In this document: positions 37,502 to 50,521 of the stretch, one piece after another
How the letters are laid out: every line of letters starts with the position of its first letter
How positions within the stretch are numbered: the stretch's first letter is position 1
Source of the DNA: Trichosphaerium sp. ATCC 40318
Taxonomy: Eukaryota > Protista > Tubulinea
Direction: 5' to 3'
NCBI GenBank assembly: GCA_038496445.1
Contig: JALMLS010000064.1
Coordinates: 744,001 to 808,000, forward strand
DNA length: 64,000 bases
The notes under the pieces: model-generated
Seen by the model: only the letters and a program-made list of their open reading frames with translations
Told to the model about the DNA's origin: nothing
Databases searched by the model: none
Program-made: the position numbers and the translations under genes

Positions 37502-39202
37502 TTACAAGTGTTGTTCAATATTTTTTGGAGCTAAAAGCACATGCTTGTCTCCTTTATAAAACATTACTACACCCTTATATGCTGTTCTTGGTATACCAGC
37601 CTTTTCATCATTCATTAACCCAAGCTTGGTAAGCTGATTCTTTAGTTCGCGGAACTTGTTGTAATGCCATATAAGGGTTTGTTCTTTTCTTGATTCAACC
37701 TCTCCCATACTAGTTATAGGCGTGGCACTGCGTACAAGTTTAGCAAACGTTTTATCATAGTTTTCCTAGATACATCCTTAGTAAAGCCACAAAGGATGAG
37801 TAGTAAAGTACTTTTTCCAAGTATGTAAGATCCTTTGTTGTCCATGAAACATATTTATCATTTAATTTGATTTTAGATAGATACTTATTAAAGAACTGCC
37901 CTGCGCTTGCTCCCTTTACACCAAATGTTTTTGTTCTTGATATCTCAGGTCTAATACAATCTCTACCCTAAACAAAACGTCAACAACAACGAAGACAACC
38001 AAGATACAAATAGAAGAAAGTCAAATTGCAACGTACTTGGCGTTGTTTTGGTTCTCTTATCCAATCATCCCAATAACCACCAGGCCATTTATCCCTCCAT
38101 TCATTCCATATGTCATCAGTAATCATCCAACCCAAACCAGGGAAAAAATTGCTTCTCTCAAGTACTTCTAAACGCAAAGAAAAAAAAAGGTAAATAATTG
38201 ACACTCTGACTACTCATTGAGAATACCAGCGTCTTTGACCATTCCATTTTGTCCGTTATCATTCCAAGCGGATGCACAAAATAAAGTTGGATCCTTTCGC
38301 AATAGAGGCGCCATTGCTTCAAAATACTCAAAAAAATCAGGTGCTATTTCTAAATCCTCTACATCGCTTGAGTTAGCGTTAATCGTATTTTAAATGTACC
38401 TTCTACTATAACAATACTCTCATACTTCATAGTATCAAAGACGTTACGAAAAATATACCCGTAGTGTTGTGCAATATAATAATAAACTTTCTTCTCTCTC
38501 ATAGGCTTCTCAAGCTTTGGAGCATCTCTTAAAGCATGCTATTATAACTGCGTTAGTGGTATTAATAAGCAGCGCAACGCAAACCTGTATATGAGTGAAT
38601 TTGTATTGCTTTTGTAACTGACGGATTTTATGAGCGACCTCTGGCTCATCAGAGTCTTGTGATACAAAAACAGCGAAGCGTGGAGTAACATGCCTAACAA
38701 ACAAACGTGAGAGACACTCGTTAAAATTATCCCTACTTTGAAATACTGTCTAAGCATCTCTTGAGGTATTCCACGCGATTGTAGGTCACTATAACGAGTG
38801 GAATTACCCTATCTCGAAGCTGAGGTGAAGCGGCTTGATTTGAAACTCCTGATACGCTATGTTATTACTTTGACGCATCAACGCAGTTTCTTAGGCGTAT
38901 TTGATAACTCGCCACGTTGTATAAAATAAAAGTGTCATAATCGTGCCTGCTTTGCGTAGTTGGTTTCCTAGCTCGAGTTTACAAGCGCCACGTTCATGTT
39001 GGCATTTGCTCAAATCAGCTTGAATTTGCTTACGAAGCTTAAATTCTGTGTGCAGCTCATCCATTAGCCCTCTAATGTCTCCAGACGCGTTACGCTCCGC
39101 CAATGAAGTAAGATTCGTTTGTGTCCAAATAAACCCAATAAAAACCAACGCAACGAGTATTATGAATACTACCCTCCACGTTTTTGGTGTAGAGCGAAAC
39201 AT
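37502..39202 (-). CDS. MGAT1: Alpha-1,3-mannosyl-glycoprotein 2-beta-N-acetylglucosaminyltransferase (GnT-I, GT13)
   Basis: Type II TM anchor, [60 protein letters not shown] and [10 protein letters not shown]. Confidence 0.93.
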
Positions 39203-39331
39203 GGCGTCAAGATTAACTACACTACATCAGGTGCAAAGCTAACGCTCCCAGAACTCTTTTTAGAGTATTTGCCCCTCAAAACTAAGCACTGGCTGAAACT
39301 CTTGGCTTGTTCTGTACAAAATGTCAGAAGC

Positions 39332-40027
39332 ATGGCGAGATATACTGTGAGTGTCGTAGCAGTGCCCAAAGTAGTTTTTATCTCAGTTCTGGACTTTCCA
39401 AAAGGGGATATCTGATGCAATAAAACAGAATTTTGAATACAACACCAACTCCGCAATGTACGTCGCTGTTAACTATTACCCTTACTTACGTTGTGTAGGT
39501 GCGACCTCAACTGCTTCTTTGCTAATCTATCAAAACAAGAGGACCCTTTAAAAGGTCACGACTACCGCGAAATAAAAGAAATACTGGAAGATAGAACAGT
39601 CTATGCTAACTTTGAAGCATTTTTAAAGACATCAATGTCCGAGGCTAATCTCCACTTCTATCAAGACACCTGCAACTACACCACCCTCGCAGACGCAGAA
39701 GACACGCCAAAGGAGAAGCTAGTAGAAATTGGTCTTCACATTTGTAACAAGTACGCCTGAAACATACTTTGCACTATGGTATACGCTACTTTAAGTGTCT
39801 TGTACCATTTTCGAATTCTGTGAGCGTTATTTAGCTAACCCGCTGTTAATAGGCACTTGGGACTTGGAGATAATGACGAAACTATGTATATTAGTATTGA
39901 GGAACTTGAATGCGTTAACAAGGCGTACAAAGCCAAGAACTTCACACGACTTACTTTTGAGAATGCAAGACTAGAGATCGAAGCAATTCTAAAGACAAAA
40001 CTATTAGAGTTTGCAAAATCGCTCTAA
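39332..40027 (+). CDS. Small RGS-domain protein
   Basis: ILEDRTVYANFEAFLKTSMSEANLHFYQD...ICNK|HL...FENARLEIEAILK; four exons join in frame. Confidence 0.8.
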
Positions 40028-40509
40028 ATGTAATTTATTTGCGCTGCAATAACATCTGTTGACAGACATAATCACTGGGCTTCCAAAACTACAAGCTGTA
40101 TTTTCTTGTGGCCTACTTGATTCAAAAAAAGAATAAAAATCCTAAAACATGTACAATGTGTACTAGTAGCTCTACATCGCTTTTTTTACGCGTATTTTTC
40201 GCCCTCTAAGTCTGTTTGAGATACTTTCCGGGCTTTGACAAATAGCGAATTGTTTTTTTTGATTACGTGGACATGAAACGCTCTAAGAACCTCTCGCATT
40301 TAAAAACACGAAGTCCAAAGTCCTGAAATATTACTTTGTATTCGAACAATACTTGAGTACTGATGATAAAAGTCTAAATTTATTTTACGTAGATCTATTT
40401 ACAGAGCATTAAAGGCGCGTTGGTAGTTTACAAATACGACAGCTTGGTTTGTCACCCTTCATGATAGTGTACAAAAGTGCATCTAAGTATGCACTTGACT
40501 CTAGAACGC

Positions 40510-40734
40510 TCAAGAGAGCAGTCCGAAGAGTTTCATTGTTTCCACTGGCAACGTAACAGGCGCAAAGAGTGTACCAACAAGGATGGCCAAAAAATACAAG
40601 CAAAGCGTAGTTACTAGAGTCTCGGTAGGTGGGCGATCGGTTATAGCTGAAAAGTTTGCTAGGGCTGTGTATAGGCCACCTATTGTCATCGTTCCTACTA
40701 CATAGCAACCAGCAGCTAGAAGTATAAATGACAT
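40510..40734 (-). CDS. Small intronless two-TM hypothetical protein
   Basis: 74-aa ORF with two hydrophobic stretches, divergent from the gene starting at 40867; no recognised family. Confidence 0.35.
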   Translation of the reverse strand: MSFILLAAGCYVVGTMTIGGLYTALANFSAITDRPPTETLVTTLCLYFLAILVGTLFAPVTLPVETMKLFGLLS

Positions 40735-40866
40735 CGTGTGTTGGCGTTGTATCTTGGTTTCTTATTAAGTCTAAGTACATTTTGTTCTTAAGTTACATCT
40801 CAACCGATCTACAATCGAAGCTGCAAGTTGGTGTTATTTCCTTCATTAAGTTTCCGAGCGTCTTGA

Positions 40867-43800
40867 ATGTTTGCGAAAATAGGGTTTTGGGCTGTTCTTT
40901 CATTTCTAGTTGTATTATTCGTTCCACAAGCTGTACTTTGTCAAAGTGCATGTAGTCTGTACGACTTTGGCGGTTCAATAGATAAAATAGCTGCCATTGC
41001 TTTCGAAAGTGATGGCACTTATTGTGTGTACTCAAAAGTAGATTTTATTTTAGGTCCATCGCTGAGTGCCGGGTACGTACAACTACAATATTCCGAAACT
41101 TCTTTTGTAGATGTTGATTTTATTACTAGCAACATAGCACAGAATGGCAGTTGTGCTTTCGCGGAAATTTTACACAATGCATACGAACCATATTCTATTG
41201 CATCTTGTGGTAAATTCTCTGCCATTCTCATGGACAACTTAACAATTGCAATCTACAAACGAGTCAATACTAGTCTTAATTTCCATACGAAATTAACAAT
41301 TCAAGATGTACGCAAAAACTGTCAGTGTCATCTCTTTGATATCACTATTTCCCTTGCTTAATATTGCACTAGACGAAAGCTATGGGATTCTTTAATGGTA
41401 TAATGAATGGTAAAAGTGGCATTCTAGTAGCTACAACAACACTAGGAATAATCCGTTACTCAATAACAGAAACAAAGTTTCTTGCTACTTTTTATGATTT
41501 CATGCCGGAATGGATATTAAATCCACCAGGGAAACCTACCTCAGTTTTTTTTGATGGGCAATATTGTATTGTACAACCTTGACTTTTTTTTTTGATTTTA
41601 ATCCTTTCCTCTAACATTACTGTAAAAGGTTACTTATAGTACCTCAGTTATAATACAAGGAAACAACGACATAGACCTTATAACAGCCAGTAATTTGGTT
41701 GGTGCTACTGTACTACCATCGTTTTCTAATGAGATATGGTTTATTATCGAGAGTGAAGGCTTACATATTGGGACTGATGATTGGGTTAATAGGAACCAAA
41801 CTGTGGCTATTCTTCAATCAAATAGCTTATATAAACATAAATACAACCCTCGACAATCTTACACGGTTGGTAATTGTGGTATATCCACTCATGATGATTG
41901 CTTGTTTTTGATTGCTAATGATACTGAAGAATCGGACTCATCTAGGTCAGTATACAGAGTGATGCCTTATCATAACTCTGTAGCTATTACACAACTTTCA
42001 CCTACAGTATTTGCGCCAAAAGATCAATTTGTGATGGTTTTTGCTGTGCCTAATGATACGCTATTATTATATGACGAAAAACTTAATATTATCACGTGGG
42101 ATTTAAACTTACCTAAGGGATTCATGTATAGAGATGGAGGTAAAATAGTACCTTGTCCAAAAGGGACGTATAAAAGCAATGATGGTCCTGGTATTTGCTT
42201 GCTTTGTAATCCTGGTACTTGGCAACCAAAAGAAGGATCAACATCATGCTTACCTTGTAAAAAAGAGCAAGCTTGCAGAGGCGGAACATTTGTCTATGAA
42301 ATTCCACAAGTGTATCCGCTAAGTACCTCATTATTCTATCCCTTTCCAAAAACTTATGTTGAGTCTTTACAAGAACAGTTTCTCTCTGCTATAACAACAC
42401 CAAAGTCACCTGGGCTATTCACTTTCTTCATCATACTTTGTGTATTGGTAGTTTCTGTTGGCGTAACAGCTTCAATTCTTAAGTGTTGTGGCTGCGGCAG
42501 CAACATGTTAGTTGTTGTTGTTCGTGCTCTTGACACAAATCAACAAAGTAAATGGAGACCAGATGGACCACCTACATGGCATGGCGATATCTTGGGAGGC
42601 TTGATAACAATAGCCATGATAGGGCTATGCATTTTAGTTTTGTATGCTGAGTCGCAAGTCTATTGTAGTTATCAACCATTACCTTTTAAATACGGTATTC
42701 AGCACCCATCCAAGCTAGCAAAGCGTACAAGATCTATAAGAAACGCTCAAGCTATATTCGATTCTGATGATGTTAATATCTTTTATCAGTATCTGAAAGA
42801 GTACGAGATACAATTATCATGATGCTAAGTTAAGCTAAAATTAATATATTCATTTTTTTTAAGGTCTGTTCATTTAGATGTAACTGTCACGTGGTATTCT
42901 CTTCTGATATTTTACTAATTGCTATTGTTAATATGTATTCAGGCACAACTTATTTAGCTTTGACCCTGGATGTATTCCTAGAATCGTTAGGACAACTGCT
43001 ACTCAGGAAATCATATCACAGAATTTAAATGTCACAACTGGAGCGTAAGATTGTTGGAGCCCTTTCCTTCACTTACCTATGGATAGATTCACTTACCGCA
43101 CGTCTGTGGAATCATCCCAAAGTAGAATACAACTGCTAAATTGCGATGTGTTCTATACCCATATTGACGTGCAATTTTACGCAATCCAAAAGCATGGTAC
43201 ACTACAACTATTTCAACTTCTTGACATTAGCAATGTTACACAACTACTTGTTAACTCATTTCCAAAACCCAATGTGTTGTAGAACAGATTCAAGCAAGCA
43301 GCTTCGTTGAATCTTTTAGCATGAGCTACATGACAACTTACCCTGACTAACTTGTTTAATAGCAACTGTAGCTACAATTCATTTTGTAGAAAATAGCGGA
43401 TCATATATGCCAAAGTTAGATCATAAAATTGTAGCTACAGCTACAGGTGTTGTACGAACAACAACAACTACATATGGTAGTAAACAAACAGATGGTATGT
43501 TTGTCGCTGTATTTTCAAAAAAAACATACTTTTAACATTTCGTTGCTAAGGTTACATTGGTCTAACTGCAGAGGTATCTCCCAACAACAATCAACCTTTG
43601 AGTTCAAATGTTGCAACAATACTGAATTATATGGTTCTAGCCAACACTCAAGGTAAGTACAGTCAGTGCTGCACATAAGTGATATTGCATTTTCCAAGAA
43701 AACCTGTTAAGTTCTTTTGAAAAACCAACTCATTTGCGTACCCCAGTATTTGATTAGATGTGTGGTTGACTAACATGTGGGTTTTTTTTGTAGTTTATTC

Positions 43801-44134
43801 ATTGATATGCATGTTGATGCAAATCTTTTTCGTGAGATTGAAGAACCATACTTTACGCTGTATGCATTGTTTGGTGCTATTTTATTTTTGTTTACTATAA
43901 TCTACAATGTCGGTACTGTTACAAATCTATTAAGTAAGAGGTTTAAGAGCCTTATTAAGAAGTGTACTTGTTGTAACAAACATTTCAAAAAAACAGAGGT
44001 ATGAAACGAAAGGGAGAAAAAAGAAAGAATGCAGAATGCTTCAGAGAAACAGTTTTTTTACTTATAATCATTCACGTGCTAGCTACCTTAAAACAACTTA
44101 CTTTTATTTTGTGTAGTATGATGTGATACAATAG
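40867..44134 (+). CDS. Multi-pass membrane protein: signal peptide, beta-rich ectodomain, Cys-rich ephrin-receptor-like repeats, 3 TM helices (3' end approximate)
   Basis: CPKGTYKSNDGPGICLLCNPGTWQPKEGSTSCLPC. TM1 FTFFIILCVLVVSVGVTA, TM2 GGLITIAMIGLCILVLY, TM3 LYALFGAILFLFTIIY. Confidence 0.7.
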
Positions 44135-44554
44135 ACATGTACAGCATAAAACGGGTGATATACAAATGAATGCAAATGGTTGTAACTAGTGTAATAAATT
44201 GTTTTTGAAACTCTAGCATCAACTCTTCAATTGGAGAAAGTCCAACTGTGTACATAGTGCATCTTTAAATTTTCGATACGAGAAGGATTTGAAGTACTGA
44301 ACTTCATGATGACAAGATATGGGCAAGATCACTCAGCGGCAAACCCGTGACTTATGTGCAAGCTGTTTAACGGCCTCTGGAGAATAGTACATACAAGACT
44401 TAACTTGAGATGTACTATATCCCAGTTTGTCAAGAAGGTTCTTTACCAACAGCGTGTGAGCTTGTTATTGTTTGTAAAGTTATAGGTCGTTTGCTCTTCA
44501 TGATTGCTGTGCTGTGATGTTTAATATTATTACAGGAGTATTATAACTTGAAAG

Positions 44555-47500
44555 CTACAAAGTAAAGCAGTATAGATAATCATCCCGGCATCCAACAAGC
44601 AATTTTCTCTTTGGTGATACTATCGGTGATGAAAAAACATCACCATCAAGCTTTATCTTGCATATGTCATTCCATTCTCTTGTACCAACAACAGACAAGT
44701 ACCCTTTAATATTCACAACAGCCAATGCAGTATCATTATGAGATAACTTAACTACAAAGAGACAGTAAGTAAACAACAAGGACAACAAATGTTGCTGTTT
44801 CAAAGAACAAAGATTGAAAAAAAAGCTTACAAATACAAGGTGATGAGAAGAAGGCTGTGTTTCCATGTTTATATGTACTCGATATTATACCAGTAGCTCT
44901 ATTTAGTATATATACTGTCTTATCATGACAGCCAAAGGCTATAAGAGGTATCTTATCACGTGAAATAAAGTGAGAGATGGATGAAAATATAGGTGCGTTC
45001 ATGTCATTGTTTTTCCATAAGGTTTCGCCCTTTGACGATAAACATACAACTGATGGTTCTGTTCAATTCTTTAGACCTTCTCGAATAGAAATATACTACT
45101 TACCTACTGTTGCTACATATATACAGTGGGTTTTAGGATCACATGTTGGACTTGAGAAGATTGGTTTCTTAAGCTAAATATTTCCGTTAAAATCAACTGC
45201 TGGTACCAAATGACGTACGTGTACACACCAACGTTCTAATAACTCACTGTTGTCAATAGAATATGTCAATGCGCTGAATTTACCACCTTCATTTCCAACA
45301 TACAAAACACTAAGAAGATGTTAAACAAGAAAAGTGAAGGAAGTGAAATAAAACCACATACCCAGTTTCAATGTCTTGAATTGGTGACGAAAAAATTGGT
45401 GATGACCCAATTGACAAGGAGCATATTAGACACTGATTATTTGGGTCTAATACATACACAAATCCATCGTGGCTTGCAACAAAAACAAAGTCATTACTCC
45501 CTTTCGATAGGAGAGGAAGAGGTGATGACTTGATTTGATGATTTGTTTGAAATCTCCACTTAATTCCTCCAGTTCTTGGACAAAAGAAGTAACAATGTCC
45601 ATCATAGCACCCTAGTTTTTATTTAAAACCACGTGATATTTTTAAAAAAAGTCACGTGTTCAAAAAATTGGAGAAATGTGCACGTGCCAACAGCAATGAA
45701 CGAAGAATTGTTTGTTAGTATAGCTGATGACTCAATGCGGTCATCAACGCTTGTCTCCCATAGTTTTGAACCTGTATCAACGTTTATGCAAACAACAGAT
45801 TTGTTATGAGATCCGATAACAACATGCTATTTAAAAGAAGTGTTAAGGAAGCACTTAACTAAGTAGGTGTTCTAGCGTACTTCTTGAATATTACCTTGTA
45901 CGTTAATACCATAAATAAGTGGTGTAGCATCAATACATTTACCAAGTTTTACTTTCCAATCCAATGACAAGGTAATGTTGCTGTTATCCTGTAGTTTGGT
46001 GTTTTAACAAGAAATAGAAAGAATAGAAAAAAACACCAAAACCAGTCACTGTAAGAAGCTACATGTTGATTGTTATCATACCTCGAATTGTACAACATTA
46101 CGTTGTCTGTGACTTCTTTCAACAACATACAAGACGTTGTGATTATAGCTACTGCTGGGGATATCGACCTTTGGTTCTGATATTGTTGGGTTGATTGATG
46201 AGTTAGAATCCGTATGCAAACCAATATAAATTGACTCAACAACTTCACATAAAGGTTTTGTGACTAGGTCAACGACTAGACTACACCCATATTAATATAA
46301 AGCTACCAAGAAATAATAAAAATATGTGGTGTACCCAGACTGAGATGATGATGAAAAACCAACACCTAGACAGCACAATATAAACTTCATGAGGCAGGAG
46401 ATTGTAAACAAAAAAAATGTGTGAAAAAAAATACTTACCTGTTGACTTTATCACGTGATCTATCACACGCACAGCATTAATTGAAGTACCACCAATAGAA
46501 ACAAAGTATTTTTTTGATAAATCAAAACAGTCACCTTGATGTAATCCCGGCAAGACAATTGACAATGCTTTGATAAGAAAATCTTGTACATCTTTTCTTG
46601 AATATTCACAAGAATTCAAGTCATTCTTCTTAACCACAAGTCGACTCAAAAGCAAATTATCATCGATTTTCCCATTAACAGTGACTGGAAATTTATCAAC
46701 AAAGTGAAGTTTCCTTGGAATTTCATGATCCTTCAAGTTCTTGGTAGCAAACTCGTAAATCTCTTTTTCCGACTCTTCAACTCCTTTTTTTTTTCCAAGT
46801 TAAATTTAAACTAGTAATAGTTGTGACAATGAGTACCTTTCAGTGTTTGCTTCAATACTACAAACGCGATACAAGCATTCGTTCTTCTTGAACGTTCGAT
46901 TAATACCCTTCAGATACATAAATTAGGTATGTCCGGTTCGTTGTTTGTGCATGTACTTTCGTACAAGCAATTCATACCTGATGTTTTCCACACATTCGCA
47001 CTTTTTAAGTTCTTCTGCTACACCTTCTAGTATAACTTGCTTTCCATTTATCTTCACCATGGTATCCACACGTGATATAAAGTATAATTTACCACCTTTA
47101 AGCGTTACTATATCTCCAGTGTCATGGAATCTTACAAGCCAAAAAGTTAGTGAAAATACACAACATTTCCTAGCCGTACATTGTTGGCCGCTTATCAACA
47201 CCGACATAAGTCAACCTACTATCGCCACCAATTATTAGGTGACCACTAATAGAGTCATGACCCTCTGCTACAAGTTGGTCACCATTATCAGTGGACTCAA
47301 CATGAAGGCACTGTAAACCATTGTCATTCTTTATCATTAGTGCTGTGGAACCAAGCGGATTTCCTAGTGCTACAGCAAGTGAATTCAAATCAACTCTTTC
47401 AATTGTAGCCCACTAAATTATATGAGATAATTGGTATCCTTGGAGGCGGAAATACTATACTTACAATAGAGCACTCAGTTGTCCCATAAATGTTAAAAAT

Positions 47501-48858
47501 TTGAAGAGAAGAAGGACACTCTAGAGATTTAAATAGCTTCAACGGAAATTTCTCTCCTCCTATTACAATAATACGTAAATATTTAACGATTTCTCTTATA
47601 GAATCTGAAGAGTGCAGCCAAAGAAACGAAGGAGTACCTAAACAATAAATCAAAAAGGAAAAAAAAGAGTGACAACAAAAAACAGCCCAACATCACTTAG
47701 ACGTACATTGCAAGAAAGTAGGTTTGTACGGCATAATTTGATGTACAAATTGGTTAGACAGTTTTAGGATATCACTTGCAATAACAAGTTTAGCACCAGC
47801 ATGAAGAGCAAGGAAGATATCAACAATACTGACATCAAAAGTTAATGAAGAAACAAGCACTATTGTGTCATCATGTGTAAGAGAGAATTTCATTGATAGA
47901 GATATCTTTTAGGAGTCATTAAAGAAATAAGTCTTCATCCAAAAAGAAAATCACAAAAGAATCCTTATCACGTGATGTTCAATCCGAGAAAATAAACTAT
48001 CCAAAAAAACAAAAAAAAAAAGTATACGAGGTTGGAGACACAAGAAGTGTGTGGAACAAAGACAGGTTTAGGTCTACCTGTAGTTCCAGATGTAAACATA
48101 ACGTATGCTATAGGTGAAGGGAAAATGGTTGGTGATAATTGGCTAACACCGTTATTAACCCCAGAAACCTTGTACGAATTATCTATCATCAAAATTGTTT
48201 TTTTGGGAAATTATTCTACACAACATTCCAAATAAGCACTTGTCGGTACAGAGTAGTGTATTTAGTACCTGAAGTTTGGAAACATTATCAGGGGTACACA
48301 GAATAATATTAATTGATGAGACATCCAGCACGTGAGCGACATGTCGTACAGGCCAAGAGATAGACAAAGGAACAAATGTGCATCTACAGGAATTGGCTTT
48401 TTATGAGGACTGACTTTAACGCACTCTGAGAATAACACTCTGTCGTTGTAAGTAAGACATAATATGATATCTGGCGTAACATATACGTACGCTAGTATTG
48501 CTACAATAGCAGTGCCTGACGGAGGTAAGTAAAGTCCAATAAAGTCTGCCTTTTGTATCTTTTTTTTTTTGTCTTAGCTTGATAGAACAGTGTTTATACA
48601 TGCGCAATACCTACCTTTGCGTGTTGTAATAACTGTTTTGACAGCTGAAGCGCAAACTGTCGTAATTGTTTGTAAGATAGCGTAGAATTGCCGTTTGGAG
48701 TTGTTGTTACGTAAGAAATAGCGTCTCCTACCACGTTGTAGGTTATTAACAATATAGTTATCCGTACTGTCTCTTGCCAACTCTATTCCTCCAATAAACT
48801 CAATTAAAGAAGTGTCACATCTAAACTTTTGCTTTAAACAGTTTGAACTGTTGTACAT
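44555..48858 (-). CDS. AASDH: AASDH/ACSF4-like NRPS-type enzyme (adenylation-thiolation-PQQ-like beta-propeller)
   Basis: AYVMFTSGTTGRPK, LTFDVS, GGEKFP, NIYGTTEC, FHDTGD, RVDTMVKING, FPVTVNGKID, carrier motif FVSIGGTS, and propeller motifs VFSSP and VGCRDDYLYC. Confidence 0.88.
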
Positions 48859-49026
48859 TACTTACATTCCAACGCGGCGGCGTTTAACGTCGTTTGTAGA
48901 CTTGAGTGATGTCATTTGACATCTATTTGTGTACGTAGGATCACGTTAGAGAATGATCAAGCTGCTTTCGTTGACTGTCGTCAAAAAACTCCACAAAAAA
49001 CATAAATACCCTAATCAGCGAAACCA

Positions 49027-50085
49027 ATGGCCAGATCTCTAGCTTGTTTCGCACTTGTACTCGTTCTTGCTGCTTGTGTAGCGTTTGGTAATTCACCCGG
49101 TGTTTTACACCTTCGTTTTAGTTAACGCTAACCCACTTTTGTTAAGGCTCTGCTACTGTAGAAGATGCCTTTACCAGCGAGATGAAAAACTCTCCTCTCT
49201 GGGCTTACATCAAGGACATTGAGCTTACTGCGCAACCTAAGACCGGCACAGTACTTGTAGTAACTTTACAGTACGTTAAACAAATAACCCCGCAAATTGC
49301 GGCTCCATACCACCAACGTTTGTGATGTTATTTTACCCAACGGTGTGGTTATTTTTGGAGTCTAATTTCACTGTAGTGTGGAACCTCCTTCAAATGTCGA
49401 TAAAGAAATGCCAACGCAGTTCTCAGGATTCGTCATCGTATACCACATTGCTCAAGTAGATATCTCTGAAATAGAACAAGGACACCCAGAAAAACCATCA
49501 AAAGAACACCATCATAAACATCATCATAACCATCATCACCACCATCACCACCATTCTTTAAAACCACACATATACCATCCTCATAGCCACCACCATCATC
49601 ACCAACACCGCGTACGTGAAAATATTCGGTTAAAACATAAAAAAAAAAACCGCATGAAATGGAATTTAAACTAACGATTTGTACAGCCGCTTCAAGTAGA
49701 AATCCAAAACCGCTTGGCTCTCCTCTTTGGTACGTGCATTTTTAATTCAGGAGATTTCTTTTACCACTTTTTGCAGTTTTTGTTTTTCTGTTCTTACAAC
49801 CGCCCTGACTTACTACTAGTTGCTGCTTTGATTGCTTGCTGTTGTTCTTGCTGTTGTCGTATGTGTTGTTCCAAGAGAAAAGCTTGCAAACGACCAGTTG
49901 AAGGTAATGACGAAGTACCTTTGGATACGGAAGAGGAATATTCCGAAGAAGAAGATGAACTTTCACCTGCCGCTCAATCATACGCTCCAGGACAATATGT
50001 ACCAGTATACCCAGGCATGTACGCACCAATGCAACAAATGCCACGTGGAGCAATGTTGTACCCTATGCAACCTGTAGAAGAGTAA
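49027..50085 (+). CDS. Type I membrane protein with His-rich luminal segment, Cys-rich juxtamembrane region and Pro/Tyr-rich tail
   Basis: Signal peptide MARSLACFALVLVLAAC, then HHHKHHHNHHHHHHH, LLLVAALIACCCSCCCRMCC and PGQYVPVYPGMY. Confidence 0.65.
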
Positions 50086-50521
50086 ACTAAAACATCAGTT
50101 TACCTTATTGTTACAATAAAAAACTTTGTTTTTTGCGCAACTCCTTGTGCAAAACAATCAAAAAAAAGCGTCTCTCAGTAATTAACTCCTTTTACTTCTA
50201 ATGTATATTCAATATTGCACGTGAAGTTATCAAGTTAGATGAAAATTCTTGAGGACAGAAATGTCAACAATAAACTTTTTTTTTTTTGATTGGATGTATT
50301 AATACACTATCTCTGTTGCATGTTGAACTCCTACAGTATTGGTTTTATTTATTTTATAATTATTGCATGCCTTTAGTAGTAGTGGAGTCGTTGTTATGTA
50401 CATAAAATGGGAGTTTCTACTGGGAGTGGGGAAAGAGATGATGAAAAAAAAAATACCCATAAGATCGCCAAATTCAATTCTAAGTTCCTCTTCCTTTCCT
50501 TCTTTTTCTTTGCTTGCAAAA

